A stretch of DNA of 62,246 nt from a virus (IMGVR_UViG_3300022821_000020:1-62246); one strand, 5' to 3'; positions 19,006 through 29,466 are shown, numbered from the stretch's first letter. Numbers and translations are program-made. Notes: generated by a model from the letters alone, not told the origin.

Positions 19006-19584
19006 TTGTTAGAGGAGCTTGGAGAAGAATGTTGGTTTGTCCATTCCCCTGGTGCTTGGGAACACCTTTCAATTGACGATCTCAAAAAGGAAATCGAGTT
19101 GGAACAAAAGACACTCACTTGGTACGGAAAAACCCTCGATCTCCCCAGACTTACTGCCTGGTATGGAGAAAAGGGCTACAACTACAGTGGCGTCTTCAAC
19201 GAACCCAAGGAAATGCCAGAAGCCTTAGACCAAATTCGAAAAGAGTTTAGAAAACTTGAACTGGGTGGCAAACCACTAGAGTTCAATTCGGTGTTGTGCA
19301 ACTATTATCGAGACGGTTCTGATAGTGTGGGATGGCACTCAGACTACGAGACCAGTCTCGGACCGACAAGAGATAATATTCACATTGGTTCTGTGTCATT
19401 TGGGGGCACACGGAAGTTTGTCCTTAGGCACAGGAAAACCAAAGTGAAAGTGGAATTCAAGCTTGCTCATGGAGACGTGTTCATCATGGGGGGCAAACTT
19501 CAAATGCCTTGGGAGCACCAGGTTCCAAAAACCTCTAGGAAAGTTGAGCCGAGACTCAACCTGACATATAGGCACATCATATAA
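19006..19584 (+). CDS. AlkB-like 2OG-Fe(II) dioxygenase
   Basis: PRLTAWYG, NSVLCNYYRDG.DSVGWHSD, W.H.VPK, RLNLTYR. Confidence 0.92.
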   Translation: MLEELGEECWFVHSPGAWEHLSIDDLKKEIELEQKTLTWYGKTLDLPRLTAWYGEKGYNYSGVFNEPKEMPEALDQIRKEFRKLELGGKPLEFNSVLCNYYRDGSDSVGWHSDYETSLGPTRDNIHIGSVSFGGTRKFVLRHRKTKVKVEFKLAHGDVFIMGGKLQMPWEHQVPKTSRKVEPRLNLTYRHII

Positions 19585-20345
19585 TGCACTGGGCAATACA
19601 AACAAACGTCATTTGTGAGGATGACCGTGAGGCCATCCTCCAGGCCCTGAGAGCCCTCGGTTATTCGCATGAGGGCTTCACAGCAATTCCCTTTTCAAAG
19701 GTTTTACCGAATGTCTTAGAGCCGAACACGGTCTTCTACGGCTCAACTAACGTCATCAACGAGATTCACTTGAGTAACAAGTGGGATCCTGGGACATTTT
19801 TTACTGAAAAGTTTGATTACCGTGTTTGGTCCGACAGGTATAAAATTCTCAACGCTAATCACGAGCTTTTAGAGCTTCGTGAGATAGGAGAGAAACACTT
19901 CTATGGCCCCGACAAGCTTGCATTCATTCGCCCCGTCTTAGATTTGAAAGAGTTTGCTGGAGATGTGATTTCCTGGAACCGTTTTGAAACTTGGAAGTCT
20001 CAACTTTTGAATTTGGAGTTGTTACTTGATTGTGTTTGCGTGGTCGCCGAGCCATTTGGCATTGCTAAAGAGTGGCGTACGTTCGTCGTTGATGGCAAGC
20101 TAGTAGCAGCCTCCCAATATCGTGAGTATATGAAGTTGAGCACAACTTCTGGTTGTCCTAATGAAGTGACAGCTTTCGTGGAGGAGCAATCGACATTTTT
20201 TAGCCCACACCCAATTTTCGTAATGGATGTAGGCTTATCTGGGGATGACTTGTATGTGATCGAAGTCGGTTGTTTTAACAGCGCTGGGTTCTATGATAGC
20301 AAACTTATCCCGTTGTTCGAAGCAATCCAAAACTATCACGCTTAG
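19584..20345 (+). CDS. ATP-grasp domain protein (DUF4343/R2K-like)
   Basis: FIRP..D.KEF.G, EWRTFVVDG......SQY, FVMDVG...VIE...FNSAGFY. Confidence 0.8.
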   Translation: MHWAIQTNVICEDDREAILQALRALGYSHEGFTAIPFSKVLPNVLEPNTVFYGSTNVINEIHLSNKWDPGTFFTEKFDYRVWSDRYKILNANHELLELREIGEKHFYGPDKLAFIRPVLDLKEFAGDVISWNRFETWKSQLLNLELLLDCVCVVAEPFGIAKEWRTFVVDGKLVAASQYREYMKLSTTSGCPNEVTAFVEEQSTFFSPHPIFVMDVGLSGDDLYVIEVGCFNSAGFYDSKLIPLFEAIQNYHA

Positions 20346-20579
20346 GGGAAATGTGTATTCAGGGAACAAAAAGAGTAGAGGCGTAACATACAAGAGGTTG
20401 AATCGTTGGCATAAACTCCGATACAACTTTTATCGCACAATGAACGGCTGGGGTTTCGGACGATGTCCTGCGGAGTATTGGGAACCTGTTGGGTCAGAAG
20501 CCCGAAGGCACATGGAAACTTGTGGTTATAAGCTTACCAAACATGGGTGGATCAAGGGCCAGGCTCTGCCAGAATAAGG

Positions 20580-20608
20580 TTCAAACTTGAACACGAATAT
20601 ACTAGAAT
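20580..20608 (+). promoter_or_regulatory. promoter TTCAAA-N17-TAGAAT
   Basis: consensus match in an intergenic gap. Confidence 0.65.
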
Positions 20609-20653
20609 GCATTAGGCCTAAAATATTAGGCTGTGTGAAAGCAAAGGCAGGAA

Positions 20654-20926
20654 ATGGTTTGGATAATAAATCTTTTATGGTTCCTTGTAGGGGGCTGCGT
20701 CGGAGCACTCTTCGTTAAAGCAAAGTTTTCCAAGTGGCGTAAGGAATACGAAGTGAGCCTCGATCAAATCTCTCGGGAGGCCGAGCATAAGTGCGAACAG
20801 ACGTTCATTGATGCACAAAAAAAGCTTGATCAACAGATGATTGCCTATCGTAACGAACTAAACAAGTTGATAATGGAGGAGTTGCTTGTCAAAGCAGAAT
20901 TCCCTGAGAGAGACCAGGCTAACTGA
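20654..20926 (+). CDS. small membrane-anchored coiled-coil protein
   Basis: N-terminal TM followed by a helical region. Confidence 0.55.
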   Translation: MVWIINLLWFLVGGCVGALFVKAKFSKWRKEYEVSLDQISREAEHKCEQTFIDAQKKLDQQMIAYRNELNKLIMEELLVKAEFPERDQAN

Positions 20927-21799
20927 TGTTTAGGACTCATGTAAATTCAATTGTTGGGGTCACCGACGCACTGGGAAAGCTGAAAAATGCTATTGTGAAG
21001 AAGTATCCAAATGCAAGTAAAAGTCGATTTGAAGTCGGCGTTGACCCTTTCAGTGGCCGATATACACTGGTCGTCTTCCTAACAGACCTGTCAGTTGCCA
21101 AGAGACTTCCATCCACTGTTGATGGGTACAAAGTGTGTGATGGCTTCAAACCCTTTGACCTTGAAGAAGGAAGTAATAATGCGTGATCGAAATTCAGATG
21201 ATCTCACTGACTGGGAAAAGTCTTTTGTTGAGCTGAATGAAAAAATGGGCAATGATGTCTGGGGCATTCAATCTGAATCTGATGGATCTGGCGGCATTCG
21301 TTTACGTGTTTATATCAGCCATGAGTCTTTTGAGAGCAAAGTTCTTGAAGAGACAAACGGTATTCTTGATGGCCACTCTATAATGTTCACGGTTTATAGC
21401 CAGTACGATTACGCTCTTTTAGAGTCTGGCCGTGCTATGAGTGAAGACCTAAAGAAAAGGATAGAAGAGTATGCAGAAAACACAAAGGCCGAAGGCCCCA
21501 CATCTAGTATTGATGGAGATGTGCAAGGAGATAGCAGGTGAAGCAGCCTGGGCACTTGGAATGGGTGTCGATGACTTAGGTCAAAGGCAATGGGAGGTGT
21601 ATTGTGAAGATGAAGAGTTGGCCAAACTCTTACCAGAAGAATATGGAGGCAATAATATCCATGTGATAGTCGCCTTTAAACCTGACCGAGCGAAGGTTGA
21701 AGAAGCAAAGCGGCGTGAGAAAGAAGCCGAAGAACAAGAAAACAGGCGATGGTATAAGAAAATCTGGTCGCCCAAAAAGAAGAAGAAACGAAAGTAAAC

Positions 21800-22876
21800 A
21801 TGGCAAAAACAATCAATCGCTTGGGAGAAATCTCCAAATTTCCCAGCTATCGGGAAGGTGAAAAATTCCTTTGTTCGGTTCCTGAAGACCTGTGTAACCT
21901 CAATCTGAGAAAAAATGGTGGGGTCATTCGTGAAAACAGCGAACTCGCATGGGACCCTTGGCCAAAGAGCTTTGGGACTGTCCGCCTTGGTCGCCACCTC
22001 CTAATGATTGATGAGAAATATTCCTGGACAGACCATTATAGCAAAAATAAAAATTATGTTCGAATGATTGCCGAGGCGGACGAACATGGCCAACCAATTG
22101 AGTGGATGCGCTTTGATTTATTTGTACCTGGCAATGTCAAGGCCAGTAAAATTAAATACTACTTGGGTAAGAGGGCTCGGGATATAATTAAGTCGTCGGT
22201 AAAAACCCTTCCAGGAGTAATACTGCGGGTTAAATCCGATATTGAAGATGAAATCCACAAGTGGGTTATTGCCGAGAATTACAAGGTTGGGAGAGAAACT
22301 TACGCTGTAAGTGATAGGGCCTTCCTTTTTAACGAAAGAAATATTCAAACAAGAGTTTTGAAGACACCTGAAGGTGTCGCTCTTGAAGAGGCAAGGTGTC
22401 AGGAGGCCATGAAATTTTTCGACCTGTCTGAAGTAGAAATTCGCACTGCCCTTGGAAATAAAAAAGGTAGCTTATGTTGGCGATTCGGTGAAAATTATTC
22501 GCCGTCTTGGGAGTTTCAATATCGTGAGCATTTTCTTGTAGTTGAAGCTGAGTGGGCTCGGAAACAGCTGATGAAGCTCCAGCGAGCTACCCGTAAGAGA
22601 CTAAAGGAAAAGGAACTTGCCGAGCGTAATATTGATGCTGCAACTTTTGCGGCTGAAAAAGCTGAACAGGTAAGGCTTGAGCGTCGTGTGAAACGCACTG
22701 TAGAGTGGGTAAAGGTTTCCAAGGACGTTCACAACTCAATCGACTGGCTCCAGGAGTTCGCAAGACGAATTGGAGACTCGGACAACATTGATCAAAAATG
22801 GTTTGACGAAAATCGTCGTGAACTTCGGACGCTTGCAACTAAATTGAAACCACTTGGTCGAGTCTTGAATGACTAG
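21800..22876 (+). CDS. hypothetical protein
   Basis: 358-aa ORF. Confidence 0.65.
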   Translation: MAKTINRLGEISKFPSYREGEKFLCSVPEDLCNLNLRKNGGVIRENSELAWDPWPKSFGTVRLGRHLLMIDEKYSWTDHYSKNKNYVRMIAEADEHGQPIEWMRFDLFVPGNVKASKIKYYLGKRARDIIKSSVKTLPGVILRVKSDIEDEIHKWVIAENYKVGRETYAVSDRAFLFNERNIQTRVLKTPEGVALEEARCQEAMKFFDLSEVEIRTALGNKKGSLCWRFGENYSPSWEFQYREHFLVVEAEWARKQLMKLQRATRKRLKEKELAERNIDAATFAAEKAEQVRLERRVKRTVEWVKVSKDVHNSIDWLQEFARRIGDSDNIDQKWFDENRRELRTLATKLKPLGRVLND

Positions 22877-22888
22877 TCTGCTTTTTAG

Positions 22889-23398
22889 ATGTGGGTAACA
22901 ATATATACCGACGCTTCGTACTGCCAATATACCAACGTGGCAACCTGGTCATTCTGGGCGAGGTCGTCCGAAGGTAGGATCGTTGACGATGGACTGAGCC
23001 CTTCATTTGTGAAAGATTCAAATGCCGCAGAAATGATGGCCGTTTACAAGGCAACAGTTGCAGTTTTGCGGGTGTGGGGCGCCAGCGAGATCGAAGGTTT
23101 GTTTTTCAATACGGATTCAATGAATGCTATTCATTATCTGAAGTATAAATCACCTGTCGTAGAAAAGCCGTTGAACAAGAGAAAAGAGTATCTGCGAATT
23201 CGCAGTGAACTATATATCCTGCTTGACAATTTTGAGTGCAAGGTTAAATTCAAACACGTCAAGGGGCATCAACGCAAAGAAAAAAGTGTTAGAACCTGGC
23301 TCAACAACACGGTTGATGAAAAAGCTAGAGCTAGGTTGGAAAAAGGGAGAGCAAGTGTACGACGTAGTCATAAGAAAAAGTCGACCAAGTCGACGTAA
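22889..23398 (+). CDS. ribonuclease H type 1-like protein
   Basis: TIYTDAS, NAAEM.A, NTDS, FKHVKGH, N..VD..A. Confidence 0.88.
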   Translation: MWVTIYTDASYCQYTNVATWSFWARSSEGRIVDDGLSPSFVKDSNAAEMMAVYKATVAVLRVWGASEIEGLFFNTDSMNAIHYLKYKSPVVEKPLNKRKEYLRIRSELYILLDNFECKVKFKHVKGHQRKEKSVRTWLNNTVDEKARARLEKGRASVRRSHKKKSTKST

Positions 23399-23741
23399 AT
23401 TAATCTCCGCAATTAAGTCTTGTTTAACAGATAACCTAAGGTATAAGAAATACCAAGGAAATCCTAATAGGCTGGTTGGCCATTGTTACATCGCATCTGA
23501 ATGTTTCTATCACATGGATAAGTCTAGTGATTGGAAACCCATGTTTATGTATTATGAGGATGAGCCTCATTGGTTTCTGCAACATAGGGCAACTGGAAAG
23601 ATTGTTGACCCAACAGCGGATCAATTTACTACTCCTCCAAATTATGCCTGCGGCAAAGGGAAAGGTTTTTTAACAAAAAAGCCTTCACGACGTTGTCGTG
23701 TGCTTATGAGCAAGGTTAAAGCAAGCTTGCTTGAGGTGTAA
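23205..23741 (+). CDS. hypothetical protein with Cys-His-Asp pattern (true start probably downstream)
   Basis: GHCYIASE, HWFL, VDPTADQF, GKGKGFLT. Confidence 0.55.
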   Translation: MNYISCLTILSARLNSNTSRGINAKKKVLEPGSTTRLMKKLELGWKKGEQVYDVVIRKSRPSRRKLISAIKSCLTDNLRYKKYQGNPNRLVGHCYIASECFYHMDKSSDWKPMFMYYEDEPHWFLQHRATGKIVDPTADQFTTPPNYACGKGKGFLTKKPSRRCRVLMSKVKASLLEV

Positions 23742-23744
23742 GAT

Positions 23745-24269
23745 ATGGTGGGTAGAACTAAAAGAAACGATAAGGTAGGCAAACCCAGGTGCTGCAAAAA
23801 ATCAAATGGAACAAAGTGTTGGTACCTGGATGACAAGTTGCACAGGACCGATGGTCCTGCTCACGTACGTGCTGATGGAACAAAACGTTGGTACCTGAAT
23901 GGTCAGAGACACAGGACCGATGGTCCTGCAATCGTACATGCTGATGGAAGGAAATGCTGGTACCTGGATGACAAGTTGCACAGGACCGATGGTCCTGCTA
24001 TCGAGTGGCCTGATGGAACAAAACATTGGTACCTGGATGACAAGTTGCACAGGACCGACGGTCCTGCTATCGAGTGGCCTGATGGAACGAAATACTGGTA
24101 CCTGGATGACAAGTTGCACAGGACCGATGGTCCTGCAATTGAGCGGGATGATGAAACGAAGAGCTGGTACCTTTTCGGAAGAAGGTACGAAGACTTGGAG
24201 CTTTGGAGGGTAACCTCCGAGATATTCGCTTATTTATTCCCTAAATTTGAAAATGGGTTTAGAAACTAA
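23745..24269 (+). CDS. HRTDGPA 23-aa repeat protein A (5 cores)
   Basis: 69-nt tandem modules; conserved C-cap WYLFG..YEDLELWRVTSE...LFP. Confidence 0.9.
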   Translation: MVGRTKRNDKVGKPRCCKKSNGTKCWYLDDKLHRTDGPAHVRADGTKRWYLNGQRHRTDGPAIVHADGRKCWYLDDKLHRTDGPAIEWPDGTKHWYLDDKLHRTDGPAIEWPDGTKYWYLDDKLHRTDGPAIERDDETKSWYLFGRRYEDLELWRVTSEIFAYLFPKFENGFRN

Positions 24270-24325
24270 CTTGAGTACCATACATTAGGATTGGAGTCTT
24301 TTACGGGCTACTGTTAGGAATTGAT

Positions 24326-24505
24326 ATGACAAAAACAAAAAAGATGCAAGTGACTCTACTTGCACAGATTGAGCTTGATTATGATGAAACCGCAGATGAA
24401 GAATATCAAGAGAAATTAGAGCTTCTAGTTGAAGAACTTGAAGAGTTGGGACTCAAAGTTGATGTTGAGGCTGAAGAGCCTGTCACAGATGAGGAAGAAT
24501 ATTAG
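24326..24505 (+). CDS. small highly acidic protein (59 aa, not in the ORF track)
   Basis: AGGA SD; MTKTKKMQVTLLAQIELDYDETADEEYQEKLELLVEELEELGLKVDVEAEEPVTDEEEY. Confidence 0.7.
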   Translation: MTKTKKMQVTLLAQIELDYDETADEEYQEKLELLVEELEELGLKVDVEAEEPVTDEEEY

Positions 24506-24575
24506 TCTTGCTAGTTTACTTCTACGCAGAAAGCTGCTAGAGTGATTATTAAGTACAGTCAACCAAACGGAGAGA

Positions 24576-25031
24576 ATGATGCTGGGAAAAGCTATTGCCA
24601 TCGCAAGTAAAGTCCACGAAAACCAAAAGGACAAAGGTGGTCACGCTTATATCCTACATCCAATTCGCATCATGATGCGTCTTAGGACCAACGATGAGGA
24701 GTTGATGCAAATTGCCATACTCCACGACGTCGTTGAAGATTCAGACGAATGGACTGTTGACAGGCTTCTTCAGGAAGGTTTCACGGGCCGAGTTCTAAAC
24801 GCCCTCAAGCTTCTAACACATGATTCCAAGGATACCTATGAGACTTACGTCAAACAGCTTTCCACAAACACAGATGCAATTAGGGTGAAGCTAGAGGACT
24901 TGCGGGACAACTCAGACATAACTCGGCTCAAAGGTCTTAGGGGTCAAGATTTGGAGCGTATGGAGAAGTACCACCGAGCGTACCTGTTTCTCAGGAAGAC
25001 ACTCGAAAACTCCCAAGCTTGCGGTTATTAA
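24576..25031 (+). CDS. HD-domain protein (RelA/SpoT hydrolase-like)
   Basis: H..Q.DKGG..YILHP, AILHDVVED, VKLEDLRDN. Confidence 0.88.
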   Translation: MMLGKAIAIASKVHENQKDKGGHAYILHPIRIMMRLRTNDEELMQIAILHDVVEDSDEWTVDRLLQEGFTGRVLNALKLLTHDSKDTYETYVKQLSTNTDAIRVKLEDLRDNSDITRLKGLRGQDLERMEKYHRAYLFLRKTLENSQACGY

Positions 25032-25384
25032 TAAAGCGAAATGACCAAGAAAAAGTTCAATAAGGAACGACACACTGTATCAGCAATTAATCACGTCTTT
25101 GGTGACAAGGAAGCAACCGCAGAGTACCAAAGACGTATGATTTACAACGTATTGAGTCGTAACCTCTCTGGAGGGCAAGGAAACAGTGTTAATAGGCACA
25201 AACGAATTTTTGGGCGCCAAGATTATTGCTACTTCAACGGGGAATTCAGATTTTGGGTCTGGGATTTCCAGGACTGGAGAATCTGGGTCAATAACCAAAA
25301 GGGGGTTTCAATAGAAGTCGACCCTAATTTTGGTTTAACTCAGACCATGTCCATTCTACGTTCCTACTGGGACAGGATGGGGCT

Positions 25385-25726
25385 ATGAGACCTGGAAAAT
25401 TATTCACGCCCACGGAGGCGCCTATCAAGCTCTACCCGACAACTCGTACAGCGAAAGGTCTGCCTGAAAAATCCAGTACAATAGGGATTGGCGGACTTTT
25501 CTTCGTTGTCGCTGTTGACCTTGATAAAAAATTCACGAAAGTTGTGAACTATCACGATCTCAGAAGCCCGTGGCTCGTCCTCTATAAAGAGGAAGTTTGG
25601 CTGGCTGAGTTTTATGGTCGTTCTATTATTGACCTCACCCCCTGGGCTCCCTGGGAAGAGGGTTACAAACACAACTCTGATCTCCTGGAATGCTTTAAGC
25701 AGTATGTGGTGCCTTGTAGTGACTAA
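25385..25726 (+). CDS. hypothetical protein with SH3-like pattern
   Basis: MRPGKLF...GGLFFVV...WLVLYKEEVW. Confidence 0.55.
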   Translation: MRPGKLFTPTEAPIKLYPTTRTAKGLPEKSSTIGIGGLFFVVAVDLDKKFTKVVNYHDLRSPWLVLYKEEVWLAEFYGRSIIDLTPWAPWEEGYKHNSDLLECFKQYVVPCSD

Positions 25727-25730
25727 GAAA

Positions 25731-26189
25731 ATGACCAAAGAACTTTTCGGTCTAAGGAAGTTTGCGTTTTCGGACGAAAACTGCAACCAGGAACGATTGG
25801 ACCTCTATGGCAAGGAGGGTTCTCTTATTCAGCTTATTATTGATTACGAAGGCTGGTATGTGGTATCAGGAAAGTCAGATGCAAACGACAGGCTGAGGCA
25901 CAAAAAAACATCCAACGGGGTTTGTATTTGCTTTTTACCTGGGGATGTTGCGTTGTATCTCGGATCCAAGTGCATAGTAGACAAAAAGTCTGCCTATTAC
26001 GGATACTGGAAACATCGGCTGCTCTGGGGCGAGGCCATCCTGGAGACGACGTTCACCGTACTAGCACCCGACAATCTCTTCAATAAATATGAAGCTATAT
26101 TGCTGCAAACAGGTGATGAACCCTGGGATTGTTCTGAACTCATAGGGCTGGAGGTCGAGTACCGTAAAAGGTTTATCGAAAACGTGTGA
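25731..26189 (+). CDS. hypothetical protein with SH3-like pattern
   Basis: EGSLI...PGDVALYLG...HRLLWGE. Confidence 0.55.
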   Translation: MTKELFGLRKFAFSDENCNQERLDLYGKEGSLIQLIIDYEGWYVVSGKSDANDRLRHKKTSNGVCICFLPGDVALYLGSKCIVDKKSAYYGYWKHRLLWGEAILETTFTVLAPDNLFNKYEAILLQTGDEPWDCSELIGLEVEYRKRFIENV

Positions 26190-26209
26190 CAAGCCTTCCA
26201 TCTGGAGTT

Positions 26210-26244
26210 GCTTTTGTGAATTTTAGGACCTAATTCACAAAAGC
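26210..26244. repeat. 13-bp inverted repeat GCTTTTGTGAATT-N9-AATTCACAAAAGC
   Basis: perfect arms in the intergenic region just upstream of the ligase promoter. Confidence 0.8.
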
Positions 26245-26253
26245 TTAATTGTG

Positions 26254-26282
26254 TTCACAACGTGGTCCAGGTGTGCTATTAT
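26254..26282 (+). promoter_or_regulatory. promoter TTCACA-N17-TATTAT, ATG 5 nt downstream (leaderless)
   Basis: consensus match. Confidence 0.7.
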
Positions 26283-26287
26283 AGGGT

Positions 26288-27082
26288 ATGTCGACATTCA
26301 CAGTAATAGTTGAGCGTGTGCTCATTTACTGCCATCCACAGGCAGATAGGTTGGAAATTGCGCAAGTGGGTGATTACCAGTCGGTCGTTGGAAAGGGGAC
26401 TTTCCAAACAAACGATCTTGTAGCCTATATTCCTGAACAAGCGCTCGTGCCACAAAATCTCCTAGCGGAGATGGGGCTTGAGGGTCGGCTCGCAGGTAAG
26501 GACAAAAATCGTGTGAAGGCTGTTCGTCTTCGTGGCGTCGTGTCCCAAGGCCTCTGCTACCCTGCACGTGAAGAGTGGCAAGAGGGTGCTGATGTCACCG
26601 AGGCGCTCGGCATCACCAAGTGGGAGCCGCCGATCCCCACACATCTTGCTGGGGAGGTGTTCAATGCAGGCCAGAATCGTACTCTCAAGTATGATATCGA
26701 AAACTACCGACGATTTCCCGACGTCCTTCAGGACGGTGAACCCGTCGTTTTCACAGAGAAACTTCATGGGTGTCTTCACGAAAACAGTTTGGTGACGATG
26801 CCAGATGGAAATGAGCGCACAATCGCAGAGGTGGTTGCAGATGAGACTATCGATAGTGTTTGGTCATACAATGAAGACACTGACGGATATGTTGTCAGGC
26901 CAATTACTGGTCGCATGCGACGTGCGAACAGCGAAGAAAAAAAATGGGTTAGGTTGACTATGGAAAATGGACGAGAGCTAGTTCTTACAGAAGATCACCC
27001 AGTTTATTCACGTGATCGCAAAGACTGGGTCAAGGCAGGCGAAGTTCGCCCCGAAGAAGATATTGAAAGCCCGATCATGTAG
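26288..27082 (+). CDS. RNA ligase (DRB0094-like) N-extein plus N-terminal split intein (26771-27079)
   Basis: HPQADRLE, VRLRGVVSQG, motif I TEKLHG followed by intein block A CLHENSLV and block B LTEDHPV. Confidence 0.92.
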   Translation: MSTFTVIVERVLIYCHPQADRLEIAQVGDYQSVVGKGTFQTNDLVAYIPEQALVPQNLLAEMGLEGRLAGKDKNRVKAVRLRGVVSQGLCYPAREEWQEGADVTEALGITKWEPPIPTHLAGEVFNAGQNRTLKYDIENYRRFPDVLQDGEPVVFTEKLHGCLHENSLVTMPDGNERTIAEVVADETIDSVWSYNEDTDGYVVRPITGRMRRANSEEKKWVRLTMENGRELVLTEDHPVYSRDRKDWVKAGEVRPEEDIESPIM

Positions 27083-27090
27083 CACGTTCC

Positions 27091-27894
27091 GTGCAAACGA
27101 ACATGCTTATTTACATGAGTAAATCAACGATAAAAGAGTATAAGTGTGCTGACTGTAAAGTGGCAATGTTTTACCCCTTTCACAGGGTAAGAAAACGTAT
27201 AGAAAATGGCATCTCAATACGGTGTAAATCATGTGCGCAAAAAAGAGCAGCTAGAAATCGTTCGCCAGAAGCGGCAAGGGCCATTCAAGAAGGTAGAAAA
27301 AGAGCTGCAAAAAAAATACACAATGTTCCTAAGTCAGTTCGAATTGAAAGAGCCAGTAAAGCTGGGCAAGGAAACAGAAACAATAACGGGTTAGCTGTTC
27401 GGCGGCAATGGGAAACGATAAAATCAGACGAAAAACGATACAAGCAAGCTTGTGAAAGATTAAAGCAGACAGCACTAAATTTCCATGCGTCGATGAGTGA
27501 GGAAGAAAAAAAGCTTCACTACGCTAAGGTTTTCAAGAATACTGGAAAGTCCAAAGCGTGCGAATTATTTTTGCAGGCAGTCGAAACTAAAACTAAGCGA
27601 AAAATTCTTCGTAAGAAAATGGTTTCTGGTTTCTTTGTAGACGGAATGTTCGACGAACAAGAAATCATACTAGAATTTTATGGAGATATGTTTCATTGTA
27701 ACCCAATAAGGTTTAATGATCCGAATAAATACTGTTCTTGGATTTCCAGGACCGTTGGCCAACAATGGAAAAGAGATGAAAGGCGTATAGTTGCCTTACT
27801 CAAAAACGGATATAAGGTTTTGATTGTTTGGGAATATGATTGGATCAACCAAAGCGAAGAAGTGGTAAAAAGGATAAAGAATGCGTTGTCTTAA
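27091..27894 (+). mobile_element. free-standing Vsr/DUF559-like homing endonuclease between the intein halves
   Basis: FVDG...ILEFYGDMFH...W.RD..R....GYKVLIVWE; basic N-terminus with CxxC pairs. Confidence 0.85.
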
Positions 27895-28609
27895 AGTCGA
27901 ATATATTGAAAGTGACAGTGATTTGTACGATCTTGAGATCGACGGCGGGGGCAATAACTACATTGCTGAAGGTGTTGTGGTTCACAACACCTGGTGCATG
28001 GTCGGGCTTGTGCCCAGGCACATGGGGCACCCCGAGGAGGGTCGACTCATTGTCTCATCCAAAGGTTTGGCAACTCGTGGCCTTGCTATGAAATACGATG
28101 CCGAGGCAAACAAAACAAATCTATATGTTCGTGTTGCTCGACACCATACTTTGGAAAATCGTATCAGTTTCGCTTTCGGTCGTGTTCTCAAGGACGAAGA
28201 GAACCCTCGCCCTGTGTACATCGTGGGCGAGATTTTCGGCGGTGGAGTTCAAGATCTCGCTTATGGTGCGAAGGCTGATAAGGACGTCGATATTGGGTTT
28301 CGTATTTTTGATGTGTATATTGGAGCGCCTGGCCAGGGTCGTTACCTGAACGATGCTGAGTTGGACGACGCTTGCAAAAGGCTTTCGATTCCCCGAGTAC
28401 CTGTTCTTTATCGTGGTCCGTTCTCTAAGGCAGCGATGTTGGAACATACCGACGGCTGTGAGACAATCACTGGCCAAGATACCCACATCCGTGAAGGCAT
28501 TGTTGTTCGTCCACAGGTGGAGCGCAGAAATGAGCAAATTGGACGTGTTCAGCTCAAGAGTGTGAGCGGGGCCTACCTGGTACGAAAAGGCGGGACTGAG
28601 TTTAACTGA
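27881..28609 (+). CDS. C-terminal split intein (36 aa, 27881-27988) plus RNA ligase C-extein
   Basis: LYDLEI..NNYIAEGVVVHN/T; then VSSKG, GEIFG, FRIFDV, VPVLYRG, REGIVV, LKSVS. Confidence 0.92.
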   Translation: MRCLKVEYIESDSDLYDLEIDGGGNNYIAEGVVVHNTWCMVGLVPRHMGHPEEGRLIVSSKGLATRGLAMKYDAEANKTNLYVRVARHHTLENRISFAFGRVLKDEENPRPVYIVGEIFGGGVQDLAYGAKADKDVDIGFRIFDVYIGAPGQGRYLNDAELDDACKRLSIPRVPVLYRGPFSKAAMLEHTDGCETITGQDTHIREGIVVRPQVERRNEQIGRVQLKSVSGAYLVRKGGTEFN

Positions 28610-28612
28610 GAG

Positions 28613-28634
28613 AAGGGACCAATGGTCCTTTTTC
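28613..28634 (+). terminator. intrinsic terminator-like hairpin
   Basis: AAGGGACC-AAT-GGTCCTTT followed by a T-run just after the ligase stop. Confidence 0.65.
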
Positions 28635-29466
28635 GCTTGCTCTAACAGGAGAATAAATGGCACGTATCAAGAAGATTGAAGTAGTCCCTGGAACGAAGTT
28701 GCAGGTCGCTAAGGTTGGCAAATTTCAAGGCTATACCAATACTCGTTTTCACCTGAGTCCAGTTTCCAATAAGTGTCCAGTACCTGACAGAATTAAACAG
28801 GGCATTTGTGATGGGCACCCGTTGGAAGAGAACGTTGGTATTCCACTCCCAATTCAATCAGATCACACAACGTATTGCTGTCCGAATGGTATTCTTCGAG
28901 CCCTTTACTTCCCTATCGGAACAAGTTTTGAAGTTCTCAGTAAGGTAAAAAAGCACCCTGGGGATCGAAGTCCGACTGTGAAACTTCGACTTGCAAAGAA
29001 TGCACAAGCATTTGCGCACCCTCTAGAACCACGGCCAAATCTTGGTGTATTACAGCCTGGCGTGGTTGGATTTGCATACTGGTGTAATGTGTGGACAATG
29101 TGCTAATTCATGCAAACAACACTTTGCAGGAGAAGGCCAAATGGTTGATCCGACATCTTACTCCAGGCCAGCTCATTGAGACCGATTCGAACAATATTCA
29201 CTTGTTTGTTCGAACTCGAAACCTTTCTACAGTACAATTTGTAGACAGTGTTTGGGTCATGTTCTACAGTGGGCAATCTGATACAACTAATTGGATTTCC
29301 GTGCTCTATGACGAATCAATCTATGAGGTTTCTGTATTTGCGTTTATGAAGTGGTTTGATTCCCAGGGAATGATTCCAAAAGCCTGGGATGACATGTTAG
29401 AATGGACATGTTATGAATGACCCACGTGGAAGAACTAAAGTTAGTTCAAAAAGGAATGTTCAATGA

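Noticed and set aside
28613-28631. Hairpin GGACC-AAT-GGTCC resembling the repeat core
   Set aside because: Its position after a stop codon and the following T-run fit an ordinary terminator; the similarity is short and probably coincidental.
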